Shown here: positions 10,695 through 23,237 of the stretch, piece after piece
Layout: every line of letters begins with the position of its first letter
Numbering within the stretch: the first letter of the stretch is position 1
NCBI RefSeq assembly: GCF_009834535.1
Contig: NC_045707.1
Coordinates: 48,052,001 to 48,116,000 of the forward strand
Length of the DNA stretch: 64,000 nucleotides
Origin: Camelus ferus
Taxonomy: Eukaryota
Direction: 5' to 3'
The notes under the pieces: model-generated
Database searches by the model: none
Told to the model about the DNA's origin: nothing
What the model saw: only the letters and a program-made list of their open reading frames with translations
Made by a program: the position numbers and the translations under genes

Positions 10695-12694
10695 ATTTGC
10701 CTACTGATGATAGGTCCACAACCAAAATTCCCTAATGTTAAATTTGGGAACAGAAGTAAAATAACCATGGTAATTTGAAACTTGGTGTAGATACAGATAA
10801 TGATTATGGCCTTGAATCTGTTAATAATATTTATTGCAGTAATCTATGGCATCTCTCCTGAAAGATTTCTCAGCTTCATCCATGTGGATTAAAATTCTTT
10901 TTTTATCAATATGCTGGCTGTGATTCTCTGGCTGTGACACAGGTGTGTTTTTGCCCTTCTGTTTCCATGAGAAGAGTCCTGCCTTCATTTCTTAATGTGT
11001 CCCCTTTGTTTTTCTTCCTTCCACCTACTCACACTGAACCTGTCAACTTCGACAGGAAAACACTCTACTGCGTAGAATAAAATAAAAACATCTAAATGTG
11101 TGGTTGGACAAACTTATTTTTAAACTGAGTCTTTTGGTATAACACTTCATGCTTAGGCATGAATTAAAGTTCTGATAAAGCTAATTGAAATTGAGTTATT
11201 TAGCTGACTATTTCATAGTTAAAAGGTTTTTTAGTTTAAAAGCTAAAAGGGTGTTACTAGAGAAAAAATATATTTCAGTATCTTTAGTACAACTCTCTGG
11301 CCTAATATATTTTTTTTTTCTGTGAAAACTTTCCTTTCACTAGAAATTTATTTCAGGGGAATAAAACCTGACGAGTGTGTGTGTTGTACATGTTTGCTAG
11401 AGGACTAGGTTAGGTAGGGGCTTAGCACTGGAAAGAGAAGAGGGTAAAATTCAAGGAATGGTGCAAAAGGAAAATTTCTGCATATATTTGTGTGTCACGT
11501 GTATGCCTGTGTGTGCTCTACTTAAATCAGTACAGGGGAAGAAATGTGCTGATAAGCTTTATTTATTTATTTCTTTTAAATAGAGTTTATTCTGATGCCT
11601 GGCCACTGGTTTTGATAAAAGAAAGTTACAGAGAAAGAGAAGTATTTCTTTTACCACAGTCTGTCGTCACACAGAAAAGTATGCCCCTGGGTACATAACA
11701 TTTAAAACCTTATCTTTTTTGATTGAGACTAAAGCATCTGACAAGGAAAATATATGAACCAGGAGGGTATAATTTTCATAAGCTTTTCAAATCACCAACA
11801 TTGAGGGAATGCCTCCTGTGTGCAGGGACTGTCTTCATTAGAAAGGAGTTCTCTGTGTTGGAAACAGCACTATACAACTTGGCAAATTGGCAAGGTCCTA
11901 GCCACGCATTGGTGGTGAAGTTCCCAAACTGCAGCATTAAAAAAGGACGAAGTACTAAATAGAGCCTCCCATTATGGGAAGAAGGGGTGATGGTAGAATT
12001 CCCCCTTTATACTTAGACAGGGATTAAATGCATCGAGCTGTTAGGATTTCATATTAAAAATGCCAGCAGTGGGTCTCAACCCTTTGCCTGCTTTGATAGG
12101 CCTGACAAAAACAGTCACAGACTACACACTCCCCTGGTCATTTCAGGGTCTTGTGGAATTTCGGGTACAGTCCTTTCTCTCCTGGGAGAAGGCATATTAG
12201 ATCACAGGAGGTAAGAGTAACAGTGCTGAAGATGTTGTATCTCTGTCTGTAAAAAGTTAACCCTCCACACACCATGATGGTAGGACCTACTGTAACCCTG
12301 ATGGCAGTCAGGGTTACCCAATAGCTTGAGAGCTGGATTGATCAGACCCCCGTTCTTCTGGCCTGATAAAGTCCAGTGTCATTCTCAAGTTTTCACACAT
12401 CCCTAGGGAGCACCCCATCTCCTCTGAACGCTGCTCTTGAACCCCTGCCTCTGCTGGATGAGGTCAGTTTGGTGGGCATTTTACCATCCTGTGTGGGCTG
12501 TGCTACCCAGATGGGATGCTCAGTCTCCTCTTCATTCCGGCAAACATTCACTCCTAGAAGGTATCTCTGTGCAGCCAGCTTCAGTAAAGGAGTGAGAAGA
12601 CGGAGGAGCCTGACACTGCAGCCACGTAGACATCTTGAATTACTAGGATTTTTTTTTAATGCTTTAGTCACTTCTGGATCCCAGGCTCCAGGTC

Positions 12695-12820
12695 CTTTCT
12701 TTCTTCTTTCTCCCTACCCCATCTTCCCCTCTCTTTTCCTCCCCTTGTCTTCCCTTCCTCTTCTGTCTTCTTCTCCTCCCCACTTTCCCTTCCTTTTCTT
12801 CATCTCAGCTTTGTCTCTCA
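12695..12820. repeat. Pyrimidine-rich low-complexity tract
   Basis: Almost pure C/T on the + strand. Confidence 0.7.
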
Positions 12821-15489
12821 GGAGCAAACCTCAAATTCCTAAGGGAATAAAGAGATCAAGGCTGATGCTGCCTCTTTCTGCTATCACTGAAGGAGAAACA
12901 ATGTTTTCCCTTTTTTCTTTCTACAGCCCTTTTTGGGTGAGGTTGCAGAAAAAGACAAGGAATACAGGGCAGGGAGGACAGGTTAAGTCTTGGGATTGAC
13001 AGAAAGACTTCAGAGACCTCTGTGTCTACTTAGACACCTCACAAGAGCCTGAGGGCCGGGGGTTGGTGGGGGTGGGGGGGATCATCACAGGCTCTGGAAT
13101 CTGAGATTTCCTGGTTGAATCCGGCCCAAGCACTGCTGCCTGTGCCAAGAGACAAGGCACTTGATCCTCTCCGAGCCCCAGCTTCTTGGCCTGTAAAAGG
13201 GAGTTGATAATACATCCAACCTTCCGAAATCCAACCTCTGGAAACAAGTTTTGGGTTTTTTTAAATCTAGGTTTGGCAGAACTGCTTTTGGCAGTAAAAC
13301 CTGGCCTGACCTGACAAAATAATCTTCTTCCTTCTGTATCTGTCTGCCCATTGTGCTACAGGAACCTTCACATGGTTGAGTTCCAGCCCCCGAGGAGGGG
13401 GTTCATACTATTTGGTACCTGCTCCATGTTGACTCTAAAATCTGAAAAACACAAGTGGCCTTTAGATTTGGGATAATGTTATCCACTTCGGAGGGTAGCA
13501 GGGCTCCTAAATGGGATAGCTAATAGCTGTGAGGTGTTATTAGGAGCTGACACAGGGGTAGTCACTCAGGAAGTGGTGGTTATTTTTACCGTCACACGGT
13601 GCTCTTGAATGACAGCGTGAGGCTTTGTCTAGCACCAGGAATATCTACAAAACTTCATATTAGGAAGTACATAAGACCCTGCAGTTTACACATCAGCTTA
13701 TTTTCTTTCTGTTGTTTATATTTATATCGAGTGTTGAATCTGCTTCCAATTTTCTTTTGAGATGGCTTCTCAATGCCCTCTGACTCCATTTTTTTTAATC
13801 TGAGGAAAAATAGCATGTGGTCTCTCCCCTCATCTCTCACTCTCTAGCACTTAAATACCCTTTCCCCCTGATTACAGGGACCCACAGAGCTGATTACTGG
13901 TGATGTTGCAGAGCCTCTCTCTGACAGTGGAGATTAATGGTCAAAAGATGCAAAATGTGAAACAGTAATTCAGTAAAGCTCTCAGGACCTTTTCTCCGGA
14001 GCCAGGTGCTAAGAACTTCTCAACAGGGACAACTTAGTGGGGGAAGTGGAAAATGAACACACACGATGTAAAACTTTGGCTATAAATATAAGCTGATTTG
14101 CAGGGGAGAGTGGTATTTTGTTTGGTGTTTTCTCCGTGGTCTGGCCTGTTGCCTGAAGTAGGTAAAATACTTTTTCCTGCACAGAAATTTAGGAGGTTCA
14201 GTGTGAGGAAGAATAAAGAGTTCCAGGCTAGAAGAGCTCAACTGACAGAAATAAAAAATTAAAAATCTTTTGTCCCATGGTGATAACACAATCGTAATAT
14301 CCTTCTATTGTAAGAAATTTTGATGTCTAGTAAAACCAAAACAAAACAAAGTAAAAATGTCAGGAAGTTGTGGATTCATTTTGCCTCTTAAAGCCAGTTT
14401 CACAAACTGGCTGAATGGAGACCATTTTCTGAGTATGTACTTCACAAAATATTTTAAGTTGTTAGATGTATTGGGGGTTTTGTTTTTGTTGTATTTTATT
14501 TTGTTGTTAAGATTTTGGATTCTCAGAACCTAATCTAGGAGCTGAATTTCTGTTGTTGTCTTCATTATTAAAAAAAAAAGAAAGTAAATGAGTGAAATAA
14601 ATCATTCTAAGTGCAAAGGAAATGCAAACAGCAATGAGAACTTAAAATTTTAATAATGTTTTATGTTTACTTTCTAAACTCAGCCACAAATCATTTCTTG
14701 CTGACAGCTTATTTTAGAGGCCAAAGAAATAAATTTATCTTGAGCACAATTGCTATGAATTTTTAAAAAATAAATCCACATTTTCCCTCTTTAATTGTGC
14801 TTTCTGAGTTCTGTGTGCCCGCCCACTCCCTGCATCCCCCGCCACCTCCCCAGGTCATACTGTCTCAAGACAAATAGAGAATTTGGAGAAAATTAAAGCA
14901 CTCACGATTGGTGTTAGGGGAAAAGAAGGAAATCACAAAAGCTCTCTCCTTACCCTGTAACGAAGAGTGCAAGTAACCATATTTCTCTTGGCCTTCTCTA
15001 AGGGCCTATAAAATCCACTTGAGAATAAATCAGTAACCCCCGGTGATCAGGGCTATGTTTATTCAGTCTCCAGGTAAGGTACCACAGCAGGCAAAGTCTG
15101 ACCTCCTCAAACAAAATAGAATTGAATCTCTTTTTGTTTCTTAAATGTGTTTTTAAATTTCTGTGTCCTTTGTTTCTTAAATTTTTGCTTCTGTTCAATG
15201 ATTGTTTTTAATTTTGATTTTTTCTCAAAGGTAAAATCTAGCTTCTGGTGTCTTCCTTCTTCTGTACTAAAAACACCTGCATGATAAACTTTCCAAAGAA
15301 TCAGGAGAAAATGGCTCATTCTTGAGTGATGTGTTCAGTAGAAAAAGAAGTTCAGATCTGGAAATTACTATATATGTAAGGATCTGGAGAGAGGACTTTA
15401 AGGTTCTTAAACTTGGTTTGAAGCTGTTGTTGAGTCCGTTTTAGTCAGTCCAGGCACATTCTTGTGCCTAAATTTCTTTCCCTTTCTTT

Positions 15490-16060
15490 TTCAATATGTG
15501 TTCAGTATCTGATCTTATGAGCGTCAACTAATGTGCTGGATTTGGCTCAGCTCTAATGAGAATTCAAAGGTCATGAAGACATAGGTATAACCACTAGGAG
15601 TTTATAATCTAATGCAGAAGAGGGATTGACAAAATCTAACAGTAAGAATATTTTTTAAGGTTTTAAAATTTTTAAAATTGAAGGGTAGTTGATTTACAAT
15701 GTTGTGTTAGTTTCAGGTGTACAGCAAAGTGATCCAATTATATATATATACATACACACTCCTTTTTAGATTCTTCTCCATTAAAGGTTATTACAAGATA
15801 CTGAATATAATTCTCTGTGCTATACAGTAGGTTCTTGTTGTTTATCTGTTTTATATATATATATTAGTGTTTATATGTTAATCACAAACTCCTAATTTAT
15901 CCCTCCCTCACCCCTTTCCCCTTTGGTAACCATAGTTTGTTTTCTGTAAGCATATTTGTTTCATGATAAAGGTACAGAGTGAAATGCTTAATTTAGCGAA
16001 GGCTTCATAAAAAAGTAGTATTTAAAGGAAACTATGATAGGTTGAGGGAAGTCAGAAGTG
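15490..16060 (-). mobile_element. Degenerate L2 fragment interrupted by a younger L1 3' end
   Basis: ttatgagcgtcaactaatgtgctgg...ggagtttataatctaatg on the left; gaaggcttcataaaaaagtagtattt on the right. Confidence 0.5.
15654..15945 (-). mobile_element. L1 3' end (cetartiodactyl-type), 5'-truncated, with TSD
   Basis: ttgaagggtagttgatttacaatgttgtgttagtttcaggtgtacagcaaagtga...tgtgctatacagtagg...ctttggtaaccatag; TSD gtaagaatattt (15642-15653) / gtaagcatattt (15946-15957). Confidence 0.9.
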
Positions 16061-16799
16061 AAAAGGGAATGATGTCAAGACTGTAAGCCTTAAGTTCAGT
16101 GAACAGAGTATTCCAGTGTACCTAGAGCTCAAGGTATATGTATAAACTGAGACCTTGTCCTAAAAAAAATCCCAGTCTAGTGAGGGAGAAACGTAAACAA
16201 ACACATGAATGAGAGTACATTCTGCACTCTGAGTTCTTCACAAAGGCCTTTGGAACATTGAAGAAGAAACCGTAACTGTGGTGGAGGTTGGGGGATGATT
16301 GGAAAGCTTCCCTGGGGTCTGACTCTTGAAGGAGCAGTGCTTTGCCCATGGAAATAGGAGGAAACCATGCACAGGTTCCCTTATCCTTCTGACTTGTCAC
16401 AGGCACACAACTTTACTGGGGCTTTCTAAGGAAATTTTATTTCAATATTCTGCTAAGCAGTAAGTAGTTCTCCCTTCTCTGAATTAAAGTGAAAGGATGC
16501 CAACTTCTGCTGTTTCTCATCAATTTCTCTTGTTTTTTTTTTTTTTTTTCTTTTATTGGTATTTGTTACTTTTTTCCCCCCCTCAGTAGAGCTCCATTTG
16601 CTTCTCAACCTGGACCTTGTAGGAAGCGCCCATGCTGCTTTACATTCTAGAGGAAACTCTCAGGTCATCTTTCCCAACATCCCTCCAGTTTCATGAAGCA
16701 AAAAACTGAGTGGTTCTAAGGGCCTGGTAGGACCTTTGCTTTCTGCAATGTGGCAGTATAAGAGATGGCCTCAGGACTGCACCAGGAGGTGATGTTTCA

Positions 16800-17024
16800 A
16801 GTTTGAGGCTCTAAAGTCAGATAGCTCAATTCTGACACTTGCTAGATGTTTAATCTCAAACTAATTATCCAACCTGTCTGTGCCTCAATTTCCTTCTCTA
16901 CAAAATGGTAATAATATAGTACCTACCTCACAGAGTCGTTGTGAGATTTAAGTAAGATAATCCATGGAGAGCATTTAGCACTATGGTTAAGATGTAGTCA
17001 TATTTGAATAAATATTAGCTATTA
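16800..17024 (+). mobile_element. MIR SINE
   Basis: tctgtgcctcaatttcc...aaaatggtaataatatagtacctacctcacagagtcgttgtgag...aataaatattagctatta. Confidence 0.9.
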
Positions 17025-17085
17025 TTTAAAATTCTCAGCCAGCCATGTACCACCTTCTTGCTTTGTATGTTGCATGATGACAACC

Positions 17086-17797
17086 TGTGATAGTCTATTT
17101 TACATGTCAACTTGACTGGGCCATGGGATGCCCATATATCTGGTTAAACATTATTTCTGGGTGTGTCCATGAGGGTGATTCTGGAAGAGATTAGCGTCTG
17201 AATAGGTGGACTGAAAAAAGCCGATGGTCCTCTCCAGTTGGAATGGGTACCATCCAATCCACTGGAGTTGAACAGAAAGGCTGAGGGAAGTTCAGTCCTT
17301 ATTCTCCTGACTGTTTGAGCTGAAGTATCAATCTTTTCCTGCTCTTGAGGATCCTCAAGCCTTTGAACTACACCTTAGGCTTTCTCTTGCTTTCGCGCTC
17401 TTTCTTTCTCTCTCTCTTTCCTTCCTTCTTTCCTTCCTTCCTTCCTTGTTCCTTCCTTTCTTCTTTTCTCTTCTTTTCTTCCTTCCTTCCTTCTTTCTTT
17501 CTTTCCTTTCTCTCTCCCTCTCTCCCTCTCTCCTTCTCTCTCTCTTTCTTTCTTTTCTTTCTTTCTATGGGGGTACTGGGGATTAAACCCAGGACCTTGT
17601 GCTTGCTAAGCAAGTGCGCTATTACTGAGCTATTACCCTCCCCTCATCATAGGCTTTCTTAATGTCCAGCTTTCAGACGACAGATACGGGACTCTCAGGC
17701 TCCATAATTGCATGAGCCAATTCTTCTTAACAAATCTATTTCTAGATATATATATATTCCTATTGGTTCTTTTTTCTGGAGAACATGGACTAATACA
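17086..17797 (+). mobile_element. MLT2-type ERVL solo LTR, interrupted by a SINE
   Basis: Starts tgtgatagtc...tgtcaacttgactgggcca; ends ctggagaacatggactaataca; 5-bp TSD caacc/cagcc. Confidence 0.9.
17386..17644 (-). mobile_element. tRNA-Ala(AGC)-derived SINE (camelid vic-1-like) with an expanded purine microsatellite tail
   Basis: Reverse complement of 17568-17644 reads ggggagggtaatagctcagtaatagcgcacttgcttagcaagcacaaggtcctgggtttaatccccagtaccccca (A box, AGC loop, B box); TSD taggctttct at 17376-17385 and 17650-17659. Confidence 0.85.
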
Positions 17798-17809
17798 CAG
17801 CCTTTCTAG

Positions 17810-17920
17810 TTTAAGTATTGTTTGCAGCTACCAGCATAAGCATCATTGGGAGCTCCTTAGGAATACCAATTCTCAGGTTCCACGTTGCAACTTTAACAAG
17901 TGATTCCCATCCACAGTAAC
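17810..17920. mobile_element. MER5-like hAT-Charlie MITE fragment
   Basis: accagcataagcatcattgggagctccttaggaataccaattctcagg...tttaacaag resembles the MER5A/B internal sequence. Confidence 0.55.
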
Positions 17921-18699
17921 ATGTATAGTTCCCTTACTCCCCATGAAAATGTCATGGTTGTATTAGCCACAGCCTCATACCATGGACTGAGGACCAGCCA
18001 GTTAAAGGCAATTCCAGCAAAGACACAGAGTTAACAAAGATCTAGCCCCACTTCAAATGGAACAGTTTGGGAAATAAATTATAAGGGTTTTTAAGGCCTC
18101 TCTAACAAGAGGGGGACAAGAGGGATAGGTCCTTACACTGAACATACGTCTACACTGAAGATTTTGCGCTGGATGGGAAGAGAGAACTAGTGACCAGGGA
18201 CGGTATACTTTACGCTGCTCTTAAAAAGAGGCAACTTAGGAGAGAACCAAGGGAAACAGGGAGAGGAGTACTTGAGAATCAAGCATCTACTGAGAAAAGT
18301 TGATCAGAGATAAGTAAGAACTAACAAAAGACCTTTGAACCAAGAGCCCTCATACTGACCTGGTTTCCCATGGAGTTAGCTTTTCACCATGAAGGAGGAG
18401 AATGACAAGAACTTAAGAGGTATTTTTCTTAATGGGATTGGCCAGTGTGAGGATCATTTGTTGAAAAAGTGCCTACAGACAACTGAACCATTCTTGGGCT
18501 TTATCTGCTCACCACCTGTGTCTACCTTCTCTCCCCCACTCAGTTTTCTGAATGACTGAGAAAATACACGTGATGTTCTCTCAAATGTTCAGGTTTCCAA
18601 CTTGAGTCCTCAGGGACAATTCTAGGGGACCAGAAAACATTGAATGGATATTATGGTAATCCACCAAATCTATTGGGCAATATCAGGACCAGATGAAAT

Positions 18700-19180
18700 T
18701 GTGCCCAATAAAAGTTGAAGAAGAAGCAGGAAAAATGGGATTTCCTCACAAATTATAAAACAATGAAAAAGGAATGTGACATGTAAAAACAAGGTGGCAC
18801 ATAATTCGTATTAGAATAATAATTACTTCAGGAAATTAAAAACAATAGAGTAAATTTCCTCCATCCTCTCAAAGGAATTTAAGTCCTGATGAATGGAAAG
18901 GCGAGCTTGCAGGCTGAAGAAAGAAATCAAAGCGGGGAATGTGAAATGAAAATGGCTTTAGAAGGAGGGAGGAACAGAATCAACATTGAAAAAAGAAATA
19001 TGGAGGGTAGACATGAGAGGAACCACAGAGAAGGCGGTGGAAAAATAGAAGGCAATGAAAGAAATTAATGAGGAGTTCATAGAAGTGGAGACCCAACACA
19101 AGGATGATTTGAGCTTCAGAAGATGAAAAACTAGAATGAGCTGGAGCTAAATAATGCATCAACATCTTATAAACATACTG
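18700..19180 (+). mobile_element. Old L1M/HAL1 ORF1-like fragment
   Basis: A-rich coding-like sequence typical of decayed L1 ORF1; no intact frame. Confidence 0.45.
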
Positions 19181-19199
19181 TTTTCCAAAACAAAACAGG

Positions 19200-19570
19200 G
19201 CAATGGTAGAGAAATGCATGCATTTATTTAAAACTTAAAAACATATAAACATTTCTATGTGTATAACACATTGTGAGACTATAAAGCAGTGTATGAGAAT
19301 GGTAAACTCCTAATTTGGAAGAGTGGTGCCTCGGGGGTCTGGGAAGTGTAATCTGATATGTATGCACAGTGAGCTTCCATGGCTTTGGTTATGTTTTTTA
19401 AAATTTTTTAGGTAAGGTAAGTGGGAGGATAGGTATTCATTGCATTTGTTTTGTGCTGGTGAGGATCTGGTAGAACAGGCCTTCTCATACTTTATAGATG
19501 GCAGTGTAAATTCTATTAAATTATTTCTGGAGCTTAATGAGCATTTTAACAAGATTCATATTCAGAATTT
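19200..19570 (+). mobile_element. L1ME-type 3' fragments
   Basis: gagtggtgcctcggggg...ggtattcattgcatt; tgctggtgaggatctggtagaacagg...ctcatac...gtgtaaatt. Confidence 0.6.
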
Positions 19571-19669
19571 CCTTTATTCAGAAAAATTTCTTTATTTTAT
19601 TCTAAAATTTTATATATTATAAAATGTTAATGTATGCAACAAGGTTTAAACAAAATCTTTTGAAACTTT

Positions 19670-21410
19670 AATTGTAGCTGCATTAAATTTATGTTCTTTT
19701 TGGAAATATTAACATTTTAATGATATCAAATATTTCCATTTAGGAAAATTAAATTTGTCCGTTCATTCATATCTTACTTCTTTGTATATTTTCCCATATG
19801 TTCTTTTCCTGTTAAATATATTTCTAGATAATTTATACCTTTTATCTCTACTGTATGTGGGATGATTAGATATGTCCATTTTTAACTCTGTAATATTAAG
19901 AAACTATTCCTTTGTCTATATTTTTCTTGTATTCTGATGCCCTGCCAAGTTTTCCTGTTAATTTAGTATATTTTTAGTTGTGTGTCTTGGGATCTTAAAG
20001 CATACAATATAAAATTTGCAAATAAACATAATTTATCTTCCTTTTTCTCATATATATGCTGTTGATTTAATTTTTTGCCTTATTGCATTATTCACATCAT
20101 GTAAAATAATTTGAAAAATAACAGTGATAAAAGGAATTCCTGATTTGATTCTGATTTTAATGGCAGTGGGTTAAATATTTTACCATTTATAAAATATTTG
20201 TTGCTACTTTTATTAAAATTTCTTTCCTATGTTTAGTTAGATTTCTTAAAAGAAATATAAGAATAAGAAACAAAAATACGAATGAGAATATTTAGATAAG
20301 TGAGAGATGATAATGTTTTCTTATTTTATTAGGAGTTTTTATTAGGAATTTTTGTGGTATATTTATATAAAATATATTTTCGTATCTAAAGGCACTTTTC
20401 CTTTCAATTGATACTGTAATAATTATAGTTTTCTAAAATGTATTTACATGGTCATGTTATATTACTTTTTAATTACCTGAATGTATTCAATATGCTAATA
20501 TTTTATTGAGAACATTTGCTTTCATAAGTAAATTGTTTTTCTTTTTTTGCTTTTTTATATTTTAAGTTTAGGCGTTCTTGTGTTATCTTAATAGACCATC
20601 TTGGTAGTTTTCAGTCATCTTTGAAAGTCCAGAATATTTTGAGGTAGGTAAGATAGGTCAAATAAGAATTACAGATATTTCCTCACATTCAAATCTATTT
20701 GATGCCTGAATTCAGACAACAGAAGTTCAGATGGAGATACCACATGTGGAATCATGTTTGATTTCTAAGGTTTGATGAGAAAGCCAAAGAATCTGTTTTC
20801 AAGCGTTGAGTGACCAAAGAATCTTTCTGAATATATTCAGCTCCTAAGTTGTATAGTGAGAATTGAGACAGCAAGGGGTACTATCAGAACTTTCATTTGT
20901 TACTTTGAAGGTTAAACTCTGCAGTAAAACAAACTGGGCCTAGACTTTTTCTAATGGTATCTTGTTCTTGAGATTCTGATTTCTTCTTTGGAGAAGAAGA
21001 GAGGGAAAATACTGTTTTTATTTTACATTGTCTTTTTTTATGTTAGTTATATCTCCATATCCTTGTTTATTTGTTTCTGCTTGATTCGCCAAATTCTCAT
21101 GCAAAACTCCCTACTATGGCTGTGATTTTTATAATAGTTATGCCAGTCCTTGTCAGAGTTTTGCTTTATGTATTTTGCTGTTGTAGTTTTTGGTATACAG
21201 GAATTCGTTAATTGTACTTGTAGATATCAATAATACATCTCTTTTCTCTGCTCAGTGGTCTTGATCTTGAATTCTTACCTGATTGTCATTCTGCCATTTC
21301 TGCTTTCTGTTTGCCTATATTTGCATAGTGTAATTTTCCACATGCCTTTATTTTCAAGCTTTCTTTATCATTCTGTTTTAGGCGTGTTTCTTGAATATGA
21401 CATTGGGCTG
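19670..21410 (-). mobile_element. Old L1M ORF2 fragments
   Basis: T-rich reverse L1 motifs, e.g. catacaatataaaatttgcaaataaacataatttatcttcc, ccttattgcatta, cctgatttgattctgattttaatgg. Confidence 0.7.
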
Positions 21411-21930
21411 GTATAGCTATTAGGATAATTTGGGTTGCAAATAACGTACACTGGTTTCAAAAAAAGAGGAGGATATATTTGCTCTTATAAAGTTTCAGGA
21501 TGAGCTTTGTTTCAGGTGTGGTTTGTTTCGGTTTTGCTGCTTGATTTCTCTCAGTTCTTTCAGCTCTGTGTTCCTTTGGGTATTGGACTCCTTCTCTCAT
21601 AGGAACAAACTGGCCATAGAGAGCCCAGGCCTCCCATGTGTTTATACCTTACAGTCCAGAGAATGAGAAACTCCTCTTCTGAAAACGGTGAAACTCTTTA
21701 ACCACATGCTGAACCCTAAAAAACATCACTACGACCAGTGGTGTGCCATGCCTCATTGAGTTTGGGCCTATGTTACTCATCCTTGAACCAATCACTTTAG
21801 TGAGGAGGTTGGTACTATGATAAATGATTAGTTTGGGTGAATTAAGACTCAAGCCTAAAACTGAAATTTGCGGTTAATTCCCACCCAAGCTAATGTGTCA
21901 TTACTTAAGAGAATAGAGTAAGTAAGTATT
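21411..21930 (-). mobile_element. MLT1 (old J/K/L group) MaLR solo LTR
   Basis: ttaggataatttgggttgcaaataac at the terminus; cttgaaccaatcact internal motif. Confidence 0.65.
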
Positions 21931-21954
21931 CTAAAGAAGTTAGCTTAATTCTCA

Positions 21955-22860
21955 CTCCTGGATAACAATATAATTCTGTATCTTCAAAAGCCAAATAGAT
22001 CAACTGATAAAATATACCAAAAATAATTAGAAATAATAATTAAGGTTGTTGTTGTAATATTAATAGCAATGATGGAAAATATCAATAGTTTTCTTATCAC
22101 AAAGAGTAAACAATTAGAAAATATAATTGAAGAAAATATTTCATTAATAAAAAGTATAAAATATATTGATATAAATTTATTAAGAAACCTGCAGTATTTA
22201 TATGAAAACTTGAACTTTGGGAGATTTAAGATGGAAAACTAGGAAAACTCAATTTTGTAAAGATGTCTGTCCTCTTTAAAATACTCTCTATTGGGTGTGT
22301 GTTTAAGGAGGGAGGCTTGGCAGTTGAAACAAAAGATTTTAAAGTGCATCTGATAAAATGAATTATGCTATACTAGCCAGGAAACTTCCCTCCCCCACCA
22401 GAAAAAAAAACCAGGCTTAAAAAACCTTCTGTGTAGAAGAAGGAAACCATTTCTCATCAGATATATAAACATAATGTAAAGCTACAGTAATTAAAAACAA
22501 TGGAGTGCTGGTACAAAAACAGAGAAAGCAGTTAAACAGAACAGAAAATCCAGAAAAGGACCAAAGTAATGTAAAAATGGCTTAGCACATTAATGTGTTA
22601 ACTGAATATGTGTGTGTGTATGTGTGTAAAATCCAAGAGAGTATGTGAATTATTCAATATATAATTAGATAACAGTTAGTTATTTGGGAGAATATAGAGC
22701 CAGATCCTATCTCACAGCTCACACTAAAATCAGTGCCAGATAGACTTTAGCTGTAAACTGAAGTAGAGTAGGGCTTTCTATGAATGATGGGAAAAACAGT
22801 CAAGAATATGACTTTGTAACTTTTGTATGTGAAATCAAATACATTAGCAAAAAATCCTTT
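21955..22860 (+). mobile_element. Old L1M ORF2 fragment
   Basis: ggaaaactcaattttgtaaagatgtc (RLNIVKMS-like); aaagctacagtaattaaaaacaatggagtgctggtacaaaaacag (KATVIKTxWYWYKNR-like). Confidence 0.75.
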
Positions 22861-23155
22861 CCCTCCAGCTAAGAAAACTATAAAATTTTAAAGGAAAAAA
22901 ATATATATATTTTAATCTCCAGTGAGCTAACAAGTAAAGGAAAAGAGGAAATCTAAAGAACTGAGCTTTGCACTTGGGACTGCTTTTCCCCTAGAGGCAT
23001 CTGCTAATTTTGGAAGTTAACTGGGAGGCTGAGAAGGTAAGCTGAGCCTTTAAAGACCATTAGGTCTAGGCGAGGGAAAGGAGTTCAATGCTTCCAAGGA
23101 GGGAAGCATTAGTAAAATTACAGGTTTAGGTTGGGACTCCAAACTAAAAGACTAC

Positions 23156-23237
23156 ATTCCATGAATAAGGGAGATTCTGAAATAAAGATGATTCTGAAAT
23201 AAATGAATTCCATGAATAAGGGTGATTCTGAAATAAA
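23156..23237. repeat. Complex local duplication (A-B, B, A-B)
   Basis: attccatgaataaggg(a/t)gattctgaaataaa at 23156-23186 and 23207-23237, with an extra gattctgaaataaa at 23190-23203. Confidence 0.9.

Noticed and set aside
12376..12999. Longest ORF (207 aa)
   Set aside because: Non-ATG start; the Ser/Leu/Pro/Phe bias comes from a pyrimidine tract; no recognisable domain
17568..17644. Possible tRNA-Ala gene
   Set aside because: Degenerate D-loop and T-loop, flanking TSD and a simple-repeat tail indicate a SINE
17345..17662. K/E/R-rich and F/L/S-rich ORFs
   Set aside because: Translations of the microsatellite tail and SINE
23156..23237. Repeat-spacer pattern resembling a CRISPR array (also 8853-8948)
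   Set aside because: Only 2-3 copies, no regular unique spacers, no cas genes, mammalian context
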